From an uncultured Prevotella sp. (GTDB lineage: Bacteria > Bacteroidota > Bacteroidia > Bacteroidales > Bacteroidaceae): a stretch of 64,000 bases of DNA. A program made the position numbers and the translations under genes. Below are positions 56,440 through 64,000 of the stretch, in pieces. Under the pieces are notes generated by a model. It did not search any database and was not told the origin of the DNA. It saw nothing but the letters and a program-made list of their open reading frames with translations. Location of the stretch: contig CABVAZ010000002.1 of the NCBI GenBank assembly GCA_902496445.1, forward strand, positions 4,925 through 68,924, written 5' to 3'. Each line of letters begins with the position of its first letter. Within the stretch, counting starts at the first letter, position 1.

Positions 56440-58839
56440 ATGAAACGAATGATGATAGCCTGCTTGCTGGCTGCTATGGCATCGCTGGCACAGGCACAAC
56501 GGCAGGAGATAAACCTTAAAACGTGGCAGTTTTCGCACGACAAGGCATCGTGGCAAACGGTTAATGTGCCGCACGACTGGGCCATCAGCGGGCCTTTTGA
56601 CAAGAAGTGGGACTTGCAGACGGTGGCTATCGAGCAGAACGGAGAGACCGAGAAGACTGAGAAAAGCGGCCGGTCTGGCGCGCTGCCATGGATAGGTGAG
56701 GGATGGTATAAATGCTCTGTCAACCTGAAAGGCACTGCATATAAACATGCCTATCTGTGTTTTGACGGTGCCATGAGCGAACCTAAGGTGTATGTAAACG
56801 GTAAGCTGGCGGGCGAATGGGCCTACGGCTACAACGCTTTTCGCATAGATGCGACGCCCTATTTGCACGATGGCGACAACGAGATAAGCGTTCACCTCCG
56901 CAATTTAGAGGAGAGCAGCCGCTGGTATCCTGGTGCCGGCATCTACAGACCCGTGAAGCTGGTGCTTACGGGGGATGTGCGCATTGACCCGTGGCAGCTC
57001 TTTGTGCGCACCCTGAGCGCAGATTCGGCCACGGCAAGTGTGGCCATAGATGCTCAGGTGCTGGGGCTGGAAAAGCAAGACACGGCAAACAGCCGTCTAA
57101 AAATAGCTATTTTAGACGCTAATATGGTGCATATTGCAGAGCAAAATGCACTATTTGACAAGCAAGGAAGGGTACATGCAGTACTGAAAGTGCCCAACCC
57201 GCATCTCTGGTCGCCCGAAACACCTTATTTATATAAGGTGGTTGTGAAGGCCATCAGCCATGGTGAGACCCAAGACCAGTATGTCTTGAACACCGGAATA
57301 AGGACTATCAGCGTGAGCAAAGAGCATGGTTTTCAGCTCAATGGCGTAACCAGGAAGATAAAAGGCGTGTGCCTGCACCACGACCTGGGCCCTCTTGGTG
57401 CGGCAGTGAATAAGGCTGCACTCATCAGGCAGGTCAGAGAGATGAAGGAGATGGGTGCGGATGCTATCCGTACGAGCCATAACATGCCTTCAGAAATGCA
57501 GATGCAGGTGTGCGACTCTATGGGTATGATGGTCATGGCAGAGAGCTTTGACATGTGGAAATACCCCAAGGTGAAGAATGGTTACAGCCGTTTCTTTGAT
57601 GAATGGAGCGACCGCGACATCACCAACCTGGTGCTGCACCACCGCAACCACCCCGCCATCGTGATGTGGAGCATAGGCAACGAGATACCCGAACAGGGCA
57701 TGAAGGGCGGCCGCAACATAGCTATGCACTTGCAAGACATCTGTCATCAGCTAGACCCCACACGCCCCGTGACACAAGGTATGGACCGTGTGGACAACGC
57801 ACTGAGCACGGGTTTCGCACAAGTAATGGATATTCCGGGCTTCAACTACCGCGTAAACAAATACGAGATGGGCATCAAGAAGCTTTGGCAAGGTTATCTG
57901 TTAGGCTCCGAAACAGCCTCTACGGTATCTTCAAGAGGCGTTTATAAGTTTCCGGTAGAGTATTCTGCTCATCATACTTACCCCGACGGACAGTGCTCAG
58001 GCTATGACACGGAGTGGTGTTCATGGAGCAATCTGCCTGAAACAGACTTTATTGCGATGGACGATTATCCCTACACCATCGGACAATTCGTATGGACCGG
58101 CTTCGACTATCTGGGCGAACCAACCCCTTATGATGAGTATTGGCCGTCGCGAAGCAGCTACTTCGGCATCTGCGACTTGGCCGGGCTGCCCAAAGACAGA
58201 TATTATCTCTACCGCTCGGTATGGAACCATCAGAGCCACACCCTGCACCTTCTGCCTCACTGGACGTGGCCGGGCAGAGAGGGAAAGACCACTCCTGTGT
58301 ATTGTTACACCGACTATCCGGAGGCCGAACTGTTTGTGAATGGCAAGAGTCAGGGCCGTATCAAGAAGAACAAGCAGAGCATGTACGACCGCTATCGCCT
58401 GCGTTGGAACGATGTGAAGTATGAACCGGGTGAGCTGAAAGTGGTGGCCTATGATGCCAACGGCAAACGTGCGGGCGAAGAAACTGTGCGCACAGCGGGC
58501 ACACCGGCACGCCTCCGCCTCACTGCCGACCGTGGTTTTATACACGCCGATGGCACTGACCTGATGTTTGTTACCGTAGAGATGACCGACAAGAAGGGCA
58601 CTCTCTGTCCTGATGCCGATGATGAGCTGCTCTTTGATGTGTCTGGTGCGGGCACGTTCAAGGCCGTGTGCAATGGCGACGCCACATCTCTTGAGCCGTT
58701 CACGCAGCCCCGCATGAAGCTCTTCCACGGCAAGCTGGTGGTCATTGTGCAGGCTGCTGACGCGCCGGGCACGGCATGGCTCGATGTGAGAACAGCCGGC
58801 AAGCCCATCAAGCAGCGCCTGAGGCTCATCGTGAAGTAG
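56440..58839 (+). CDS. Glycoside hydrolase family 2 (beta-galactosidase/beta-glucuronidase-like), secreted
   Basis: Signal peptide MKRMMIACLLAAMASLAQAQ. The sugar-binding N-domain and TIM-barrel WSIGNEIPEQG (acid/base Glu) are present. 799 aa. Confidence 0.85.
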   Translation: MKRMMIACLLAAMASLAQAQRQEINLKTWQFSHDKASWQTVNVPHDWAISGPFDKKWDLQTVAIEQNGETEKTEKSGRSGALPWIGEGWYKCSVNLKGTAYKHAYLCFDGAMSEPKVYVNGKLAGEWAYGYNAFRIDATPYLHDGDNEISVHLRNLEESSRWYPGAGIYRPVKLVLTGDVRIDPWQLFVRTLSADSATASVAIDAQVLGLEKQDTANSRLKIAILDANMVHIAEQNALFDKQGRVHAVLKVPNPHLWSPETPYLYKVVVKAISHGETQDQYVLNTGIRTISVSKEHGFQLNGVTRKIKGVCLHHDLGPLGAAVNKAALIRQVREMKEMGADAIRTSHNMPSEMQMQVCDSMGMMVMAESFDMWKYPKVKNGYSRFFDEWSDRDITNLVLHHRNHPAIVMWSIGNEIPEQGMKGGRNIAMHLQDICHQLDPTRPVTQGMDRVDNALSTGFAQVMDIPGFNYRVNKYEMGIKKLWQGYLLGSETASTVSSRGVYKFPVEYSAHHTYPDGQCSGYDTEWCSWSNLPETDFIAMDDYPYTIGQFVWTGFDYLGEPTPYDEYWPSRSSYFGICDLAGLPKDRYYLYRSVWNHQSHTLHLLPHWTWPGREGKTTPVYCYTDYPEAELFVNGKSQGRIKKNKQSMYDRYRLRWNDVKYEPGELKVVAYDANGKRAGEETVRTAGTPARLRLTADRGFIHADGTDLMFVTVEMTDKKGTLCPDADDELLFDVSGAGTFKAVCNGDATSLEPFTQPRMKLFHGKLVVIVQAADAPGTAWLDVRTAGKPIKQRLRLIVK

Positions 58840-58941
58840 ACCTCCTGTTGGGCCGAAAAGGCAGGAAAAGAGAGTCCGGTATGTTGACACAACCCTGTGC
58901 CACCATACCGGACTCTTTGTGTTATGCACCTTGCGTGGTGC

Positions 58942-59751
58942 TTATTTCACCAGCGACGTAATATTCTCTCGTACGCCCCTCATGCCCACCAGGAACGCCT
59001 TGGCTGAGCCAAAGCGCAAGAACATATCCAGACGGACGGGTACATGGTTGCTGTCGTCGGTGACATAGAAGCGCGCTATCTCCTTCCACTTGCCGCCTTC
59101 AAACTCCTTATACGATAGAGCCAGGCAGCGATAGCGGTGTCCGTTGTCGGCTTTCACCGTGTTTTTGCCTTTGTAGAGCACCTGCGCAGGGTGACAGTCG
59201 TTGCCGTCGATGATGGGAAACTTTACCACAAATCCCTTCTTCCAACCCTCAGGGTTGAACGAACGAGCTCTCATAAAGATGCTCATCATGTCGTAAACGC
59301 AGTCGTTATATACGTGCGACTGGCGTCTCACCTCGCCGTCGGAGCCTTTACGGTATTGTCTGACGGCGCATTTTCCGTTGGGATAAGTGTAGTGCACCTC
59401 GTCTACCGTATACCTTCTGCCCTCTCTGGCGCCCTTACGGAAGTAGAGCGGAGCCATTTGGTGCGTGTTATAGCACAGCAACGTGTCGCGCAACACAAAG
59501 TAGTCGTCCAGCCTTCCGTTGCCTTTCGTTGTCAGACTGCACCTGTAGGCGGGCGTGCCTTTATAAGTTGAGTTTACCACATACCATGAGGCGGTGCCTG
59601 CCTTGACCCATACAAACTTCCAGTTATAGTACAGGTTATAGGTAAGAAATTCGCCGTTCTTGAATGCCGTGTTGCGAAATGTGCACTGAGCCTGCGCTTT
59701 TGGTGCGAGCCACAGCAGCATCATAAGAAATATTAAGAGCTTCTTCTTCAT
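58942..59751 (-). CDS. DUF3108-like secreted protein
   Basis: Signal peptide MKKKLLIFLMMLLWLAPKAQAQ. GEFLTYNLYYNWKFVWVKAGTASW resembles the DUF3108 N-terminus. It has a 4-nt overlap with the upstream gene. Confidence 0.55.
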   Translation of the reverse strand: MKKKLLIFLMMLLWLAPKAQAQCTFRNTAFKNGEFLTYNLYYNWKFVWVKAGTASWYVVNSTYKGTPAYRCSLTTKGNGRLDDYFVLRDTLLCYNTHQMAPLYFRKGAREGRRYTVDEVHYTYPNGKCAVRQYRKGSDGEVRRQSHVYNDCVYDMMSIFMRARSFNPEGWKKGFVVKFPIIDGNDCHPAQVLYKGKNTVKADNGHRYRCLALSYKEFEGGKWKEIARFYVTDDSNHVPVRLDMFLRFGSAKAFLVGMRGVRENITSLVK

Positions 59752-61727
59752 TGTTTTATCTTTTTATCAGGAGTGTAAGTGATGCCCATTTGTCGGGCAC
59801 GCTGTGCATTCCTGTTTATGGTTTTCTTCTTTTCGTCAGGCTTCTGCTTGGTTATCTCGCCCGGCTTCTGCCTGTTGAGCGGCAGTGCAGTAGGGTTCCA
59901 GGCCTGCTTGATGTCCCATTTGGCCCTGCATGCAATAGACTTGGGATAGTAATATACCTGTTCCGGCTGCAAATCGCTGCCATATTCGCCTGTGTCCCAT
60001 TTGCCGTTCATGTTAGCATCTACTATCATCCGCAGGAAGTAAGTGCCCGGCTTGACATACTTAAACAGTGCCGTATTGCTCTTGGTAACCACTTGCTGCA
60101 CCACGCCTTCCTGCGAATTGAGCAGCTGAACGATGTATTGCAGCGCGTCCTGGCCCTGTATATCAATCTGCAAAGAACCCAACTCCTCAAGCGGATAGAC
60201 CTTAAAGCCCTGCTTGAAGGGCGCTGTGGCCTTGCCATATATGTCTACGAAGGCCCCGGAATCCACTTCCAGGCTGTATTCGCCGCCCGGTCGCCATTTG
60301 CCGGCAAGCTCATACTGCCTCAGTTTGCCCGCTACGGGATAGAGCGCTACGCGCGAACGATACCACAGCGTGTCTATCTTGGTGTAGAGATGTATCTTTG
60401 CCGTGTCGGCAACGGCCAGTGGCGCGGGCATCACAACGCCCAGTTGCTCGTCGGGCTTGATGGTCGATGGCACGTTATATTGCGGTTGCAGCGGCTCGGC
60501 AGGCATCTCCGGCAGCACCTCAAGCCCTTTTTTGCGCCGTTTCTCCTGCTGTTTGGCCCATTCGTCCTGCTTGCGTTGCGTCTCTTTGAGGCGCTTGGCA
60601 TAGGGCTGTTTGGACAATATCTCCAGCGTATCAGCCATGGGGCGCAGCTGTCCGAGCGAGTCTGTGCCCTCATAAGCCATGCGCAGGCGCAGCGTGTCTT
60701 GGTTGATGAGCGCCGTGTCGCGCAGCCAATAGGTGATAGAGTCGCCCCTCTCCGAAGGCTCTATGATGAAAGCCGAGTCGGCAGAGAAGTTCAATCCCTT
60801 CAGCTCCGGCAGCTTATCAGAGCCGTAACTGAATATGATGTCAAAGTGATTGGCTTCGTTTCGGTCGGCCTTGATGAAGTATCGGTCGGTCTGCTCCTCT
60901 GTAAAGGCCCTCAGAACCACGTCGTCTGGCAGGAAATGCGTGTAAGGCGTCTGCACGATATTATCTATGTGGAGCGAGTCTAGCCATATAGTGTCTTGCC
61001 TGACATCGGGTTTGAAGGATGGCTTGATGATGTCTTTACTGTATGCCAGTTTCTCCGCGCGCTGCGAAAACCTGTAGTTTGCGTCCATATCCTGCAAGGC
61101 GTAGACGCGATAGTTGCCCGGCGCCACGCCCCGAATAACGAAGTGGCCCCGGCTGTCGGTCCTTCCCATGCGTTGGAAAGGTAGTTTGGTAAACGCCGTA
61201 TCGGCCAGATTGCTGTATAACCCCACCAATATGCCCTTGATGGGCTCCAGATTGCTGGCCTCCAACACATATCCTGCCACCTCAAGAGTGTCTATATGGT
61301 CGCCGGTAGAGAAGGTAAAGGCATAGTTGCCCAGCGGATTGCCCTCGTTGTTGTCTGATATGGCATCTGAGAAGTCTATGGTATAGGTGGTGTTCTTGTG
61401 CAAAGAGTCTTTCAGCTGCACCACGACGCTCTTTCCCTGTCCCTTGATGTCGGGCTGTTCTAGTTGTGGCGGCGATACGACAACCTTCTCGGTGGGGTTG
61501 TCGAGTTGTATAAACTCATCGAAGAATATGGCCACTTTCTTACTCTTCACGTCGGTGGCGTGCTCTGCGGGCGACGTATGCATGATGCGCGGCGGCGTTT
61601 CGTCATACCATCCGCCGTCAGGCTGCCCCATCTTGGCGCACGATGCGCACAGCAAGAGCGCCGCTACGGCAGCCGCCATAAGCGCCGGCACACGGCTCAA
61701 AGCGTGAAGTGAGCTAGGGTACCTCAT
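59748..61727 (-). CDS. Ig-like-domain lipoprotein with a lysine/arginine-rich C-terminal tail
   Basis: The N-terminus is hydrophobic, followed by cysteines (LLLCASCAK). A BIG/Ig-like N-domain (SPAEHATDVKSKKVAIFFDEF...TYTIDF) and a CarbopepD_reg-like segment (HFVIRGVAPGNYRVYAL) are present. 659 aa. Confidence 0.5.
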   Translation of the reverse strand: MRYPSSLHALSRVPALMAAAVAALLLCASCAKMGQPDGGWYDETPPRIMHTSPAEHATDVKSKKVAIFFDEFIQLDNPTEKVVVSPPQLEQPDIKGQGKSVVVQLKDSLHKNTTYTIDFSDAISDNNEGNPLGNYAFTFSTGDHIDTLEVAGYVLEASNLEPIKGILVGLYSNLADTAFTKLPFQRMGRTDSRGHFVIRGVAPGNYRVYALQDMDANYRFSQRAEKLAYSKDIIKPSFKPDVRQDTIWLDSLHIDNIVQTPYTHFLPDDVVLRAFTEEQTDRYFIKADRNEANHFDIIFSYGSDKLPELKGLNFSADSAFIIEPSERGDSITYWLRDTALINQDTLRLRMAYEGTDSLGQLRPMADTLEILSKQPYAKRLKETQRKQDEWAKQQEKRRKKGLEVLPEMPAEPLQPQYNVPSTIKPDEQLGVVMPAPLAVADTAKIHLYTKIDTLWYRSRVALYPVAGKLRQYELAGKWRPGGEYSLEVDSGAFVDIYGKATAPFKQGFKVYPLEELGSLQIDIQGQDALQYIVQLLNSQEGVVQQVVTKSNTALFKYVKPGTYFLRMIVDANMNGKWDTGEYGSDLQPEQVYYYPKSIACRAKWDIKQAWNPTALPLNRQKPGEITKQKPDEKKKTINRNAQRARQMGITYTPDKKIKQ

Positions 61728-61732
61728 ATAGA

Positions 61733-63265
61733 TTATGGTTGTTGAAAGGGGTTCTGACGGTTCATCTCCAATAGCTCTTCCATGATAGTGCGGCCGTTAG
61801 ACAGTCTGGGCACCTTGTGCTGGCCGCCCAGCTTGCCCTTCGACTTGAGCCAGTCGTTGAATAAATTCTTGCGGGCCACTATCACTTCGAGGGGCTGCAG
61901 CGTGACGTTGTGCGACCGTTTGGCCTCATAGTCGGAGTTGAGAGCCTGCAAACGCTTGTCAAGCGCCTCGGCAAAGTGCTGCAACGAGTCGGGTTCTTTG
62001 GCAAATTCTATGAGCCATTGATGCCTGCACTTGGCCTTATTGTCCATGTAAACGGGCGCTGTGGTATACTCCGACACCTCTGCTCCGGTCTGCTTGCAGG
62101 CATAGTCCAGTCCTTTCTCGGCGTTGTCCATAATCAGCTCTTCGCCAAAGGCATTGATGAAGTATTTTGTCCGGCCGGTGATGATGAACTTATAAGGGTT
62201 CCGGGAGGTGAATGTCACGGTGTCACCTATCTCATATCGCCACAGTCCGCACGATGTTGAGATGAGCATGGCATAGTTCTTGCCCGTCTCAACGCCCTCT
62301 AGCGGCACGATGTTGGGGTGCTCTGAGTGCAGTTCATCCATGGGGATGAACTCGTAGAACACGCCATAGTCGAGCATAAGCAGCATGCTGGCATCACCGG
62401 GGTCGTTCTGTATGCCGAAGAAACCCTCGCTTGCGTTGTAGGTTTCCATATAGTGCATGTCTGGCTTGGTGATGATTTGCTCGTATTGCTTACGGTAAGG
62501 GGTAAACGGAATTCCTCCGTGGAAGAACACTTCCAGGTTAGGCCACAGCTCTTGTATGTATTTCTTGCCGCTTATCTCAAGCATCCTGACCAGCACGGAG
62601 AGCATCCACGAGGGCACGCCACTGATGTTGGTCACGTTTTTGTGCATGGTTTCGCGTGCTATATGGTCGCGCTTCACCTCAAAGTCGCTCAGCAGAGCCG
62701 TTTCCTTACGAGGCACTCTGAAGAGATTGGCCACCGGATTCATGTTCTCTATGAGCACTGCGCTCAGGTCGCCCACGATAGAATTGGGCAGATTATAGTT
62801 GGGCGAGTGGCTCCCACCCAATATTAATGACTTGCCGTCGAACAACTTGCTCTTGGGATTGTTGCCCAGATAGAAGGCCACAACATCTCTCGGCCCCTGA
62901 TAATGTATCTGATGCAAGCCCTCGGGCGTGACGGGAATGAACTTCGATTTGTCGTTTGTGGTGCCCGAACTCTTGGCATACCACTTCACCATGCCGGGCC
63001 ACAGCACGTCTGTCTCGCCATGACGCATACGGTCTATGTCGATTTTCAAATCCTCATAAGTATTTACCGGCACGTTCTGCACAAAATCGTCGTAGCCGGT
63101 AGTAACGCCAAAGAGGTGCTTCCTGCCATATTCCGTGTTCTTGGCCTTGCTCAGAAGATAGGTCAGAACCTCGTGTTGCATGGCGTCGCCCTCTGCGTTA
63201 TATCGCTGGAGCTCACGCCTCCGCGACTTGAAAAGCAGCTTATCTGCTATACAGGTTAGACTCAT
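61733..63265 (-). CDS. GH3 auxin-responsive-promoter family protein (acyl-acid amido synthetase-like adenylating enzyme)
   Basis: YAKSSGTTNDKSKFIPVT is the adenylation SSGTT motif. 510 aa with the characteristic bacterial GH3 family layout. Confidence 0.8.
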   Translation of the reverse strand: MSLTCIADKLLFKSRRRELQRYNAEGDAMQHEVLTYLLSKAKNTEYGRKHLFGVTTGYDDFVQNVPVNTYEDLKIDIDRMRHGETDVLWPGMVKWYAKSSGTTNDKSKFIPVTPEGLHQIHYQGPRDVVAFYLGNNPKSKLFDGKSLILGGSHSPNYNLPNSIVGDLSAVLIENMNPVANLFRVPRKETALLSDFEVKRDHIARETMHKNVTNISGVPSWMLSVLVRMLEISGKKYIQELWPNLEVFFHGGIPFTPYRKQYEQIITKPDMHYMETYNASEGFFGIQNDPGDASMLLMLDYGVFYEFIPMDELHSEHPNIVPLEGVETGKNYAMLISTSCGLWRYEIGDTVTFTSRNPYKFIITGRTKYFINAFGEELIMDNAEKGLDYACKQTGAEVSEYTTAPVYMDNKAKCRHQWLIEFAKEPDSLQHFAEALDKRLQALNSDYEAKRSHNVTLQPLEVIVARKNLFNDWLKSKGKLGGQHKVPRLSNGRTIMEELLEMNRQNPFQQP

Positions 63266-63389
63266 TTAAATGATTGCTAATTGAACTACAAAGGTAAGGT
63301 AAACTTTCGTGATACCTTAATATTTTACTTATTTTAATATGTTATATGTCACATGAAAAGCTCTTACGCACTCACGGAAGAGACTGAAA

Positions 63390-63660
63390 GGCTTGCGAAA
63401 CAAGTTTACAAATCGTTTCTTGCCCCGCCGCTCGCCCGCCTTGGCCGGGCAAAAGCGCCTGCGCCGGCCTGCCTCACGCAGATGATGAAAAGACAGGAAA
63501 GATGGTTTGTGTAATCAGTTGGTAGACAGCGGGTTGTAGAAACAGTACAAACAGGCTTGCAAAAAGGCCTGTTTGAGCTCGTAAAAGTGCCTATTTTGCA
63601 AGGCGATAATGCCTGTTTGGGGAAGCAAGAAGGGCATTCTTGTCACGCCGAAAGCAATCG
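63390..63660. repeat. Intergenic repeat element, copy 2, related to 33860-34030
   Basis: aaaggcttgcgaaacaag, aaacaggc-ttgcaaaaag-gcctgttt (an 8-bp hairpin), gtaaaagtgcctattttgcaaggcgataatgcctgtttgggg and gaagggcattcttg all match copy 1. It lies upstream of the GH3 gene. Confidence 0.5.
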
Positions 63661-63696
63661 CCGGCCCGGCAAGAGTGCCCCAAGCAACCTTTAGGA

Positions 63697-64000
63697 TCAT
63701 GCGTAACTGTGCATACCCGTAAGAAAATAGTTTACGCCAAAGTAGGTCATCAGTAGCGTAAGAAAGGCCAGCAGCATGTAAACATGATAGAAAACGGGGC
63801 GGCGGAAGCGCTTATACAGCCCGCCGTGCAGAGGCAGAGCATACACCAGAAAGGTGATGAGGGCCCACGTCTCCTTTGAGTCCCAGCTCCAATAGGTGCC
63901 CCAGCTCACGTTGGCCCAGATGGCTCCGAGAAACATTCCGATGCCCAACGTGGCTACGGCAGGGTAGAGCATGAAGGCGCTGAGCACCTGCATGCCCGGC
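63697..64000 (-). CDS. ccsA: Cytochrome c biogenesis protein CcsA/ResC, C-terminal end; the gene continues beyond the window
   Basis: WANVSWGTYWSWDSKETWALITFLVYA carries the WGxxWxWD haem-handling tryptophan-rich motif. Polytopic. Confidence 0.7.
   Translation of the reverse strand, partial: PGMQVLSAFMLYPAVATLGIGMFLGAIWANVSWGTYWSWDSKETWALITFLVYALPLHGGLYKRFRRPVFYHVYMLLAFLTLLMTYFGVNYFLTGMHSYA

Noticed and set aside
59751-60983. 410-aa plus-strand ORF
   Set aside because: It is antisense to the Ig-like lipoprotein gene and has low-complexity Leu/Arg-rich composition typical of shadow ORFs.

Overview
This is a Bacteroidales-type chromosomal segment, roughly 50% GC, with Bacteroides-style TAnnTTTG -7 promoter motifs and many proteins that end in a Type IX secretion (T9SS) C-terminal sorting domain. 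Housekeeping genes occupy most of it: coaD, argB, speA, aroK, topA, ruvB, rpoN, purE, ispG, mntH, a uracil permease, an S46 dipeptidyl-peptidase, a GH2 enzyme and an aldo-keto reductase. These are interleaved with an accessory surface-protein load. Five very large T9SS cargo adhesins carry HagA/gingipain-like cleaved-adhesin modules, Fn3-like modules, and CARDB-like and carboxypeptidase-regulatory-like repeats (3279-6023, 6217-9375, 9623-12676, 40119-44771, 44836-49314). There is also a T9SS-sorted beta-helix lyase-like protein, a small T9SS-CTD protein and a FISUMP protein. The most unusual locus is 6217-12676. Two paralogous adhesin genes meet head-to-head at about 9680-9690, and both lack a start codon and signal peptide. 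The minus-strand gene continues upstream through a frameshift and a stop, and the segment just upstream of the frameshift contains a G8 tract that reads as C8 on the plus strand. This is the signature of a rearrangement breakpoint such as an inversion or shufflon, or of gene decay. A compact type II restriction-modification pair sits between mntH and the T9SS genes; it is a PD-(D/E)xK endonuclease that resembles the XamI family from memory, with an Eco57I-class N6-adenine methyltransferase. Two related intergenic repeat elements with internal periodicity of about 22 nt lie upstream of two minus-strand genes at 33860-34030 and 63390-63660. An AT-rich array of three 23-nt repeats lies in the long leader before the rpoN operon. 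No tRNA or rRNA genes, CRISPR arrays, transposases or integrases were recognised. All coordinates were derived by hand from the ORF track and sequence and may be off by a few bases.
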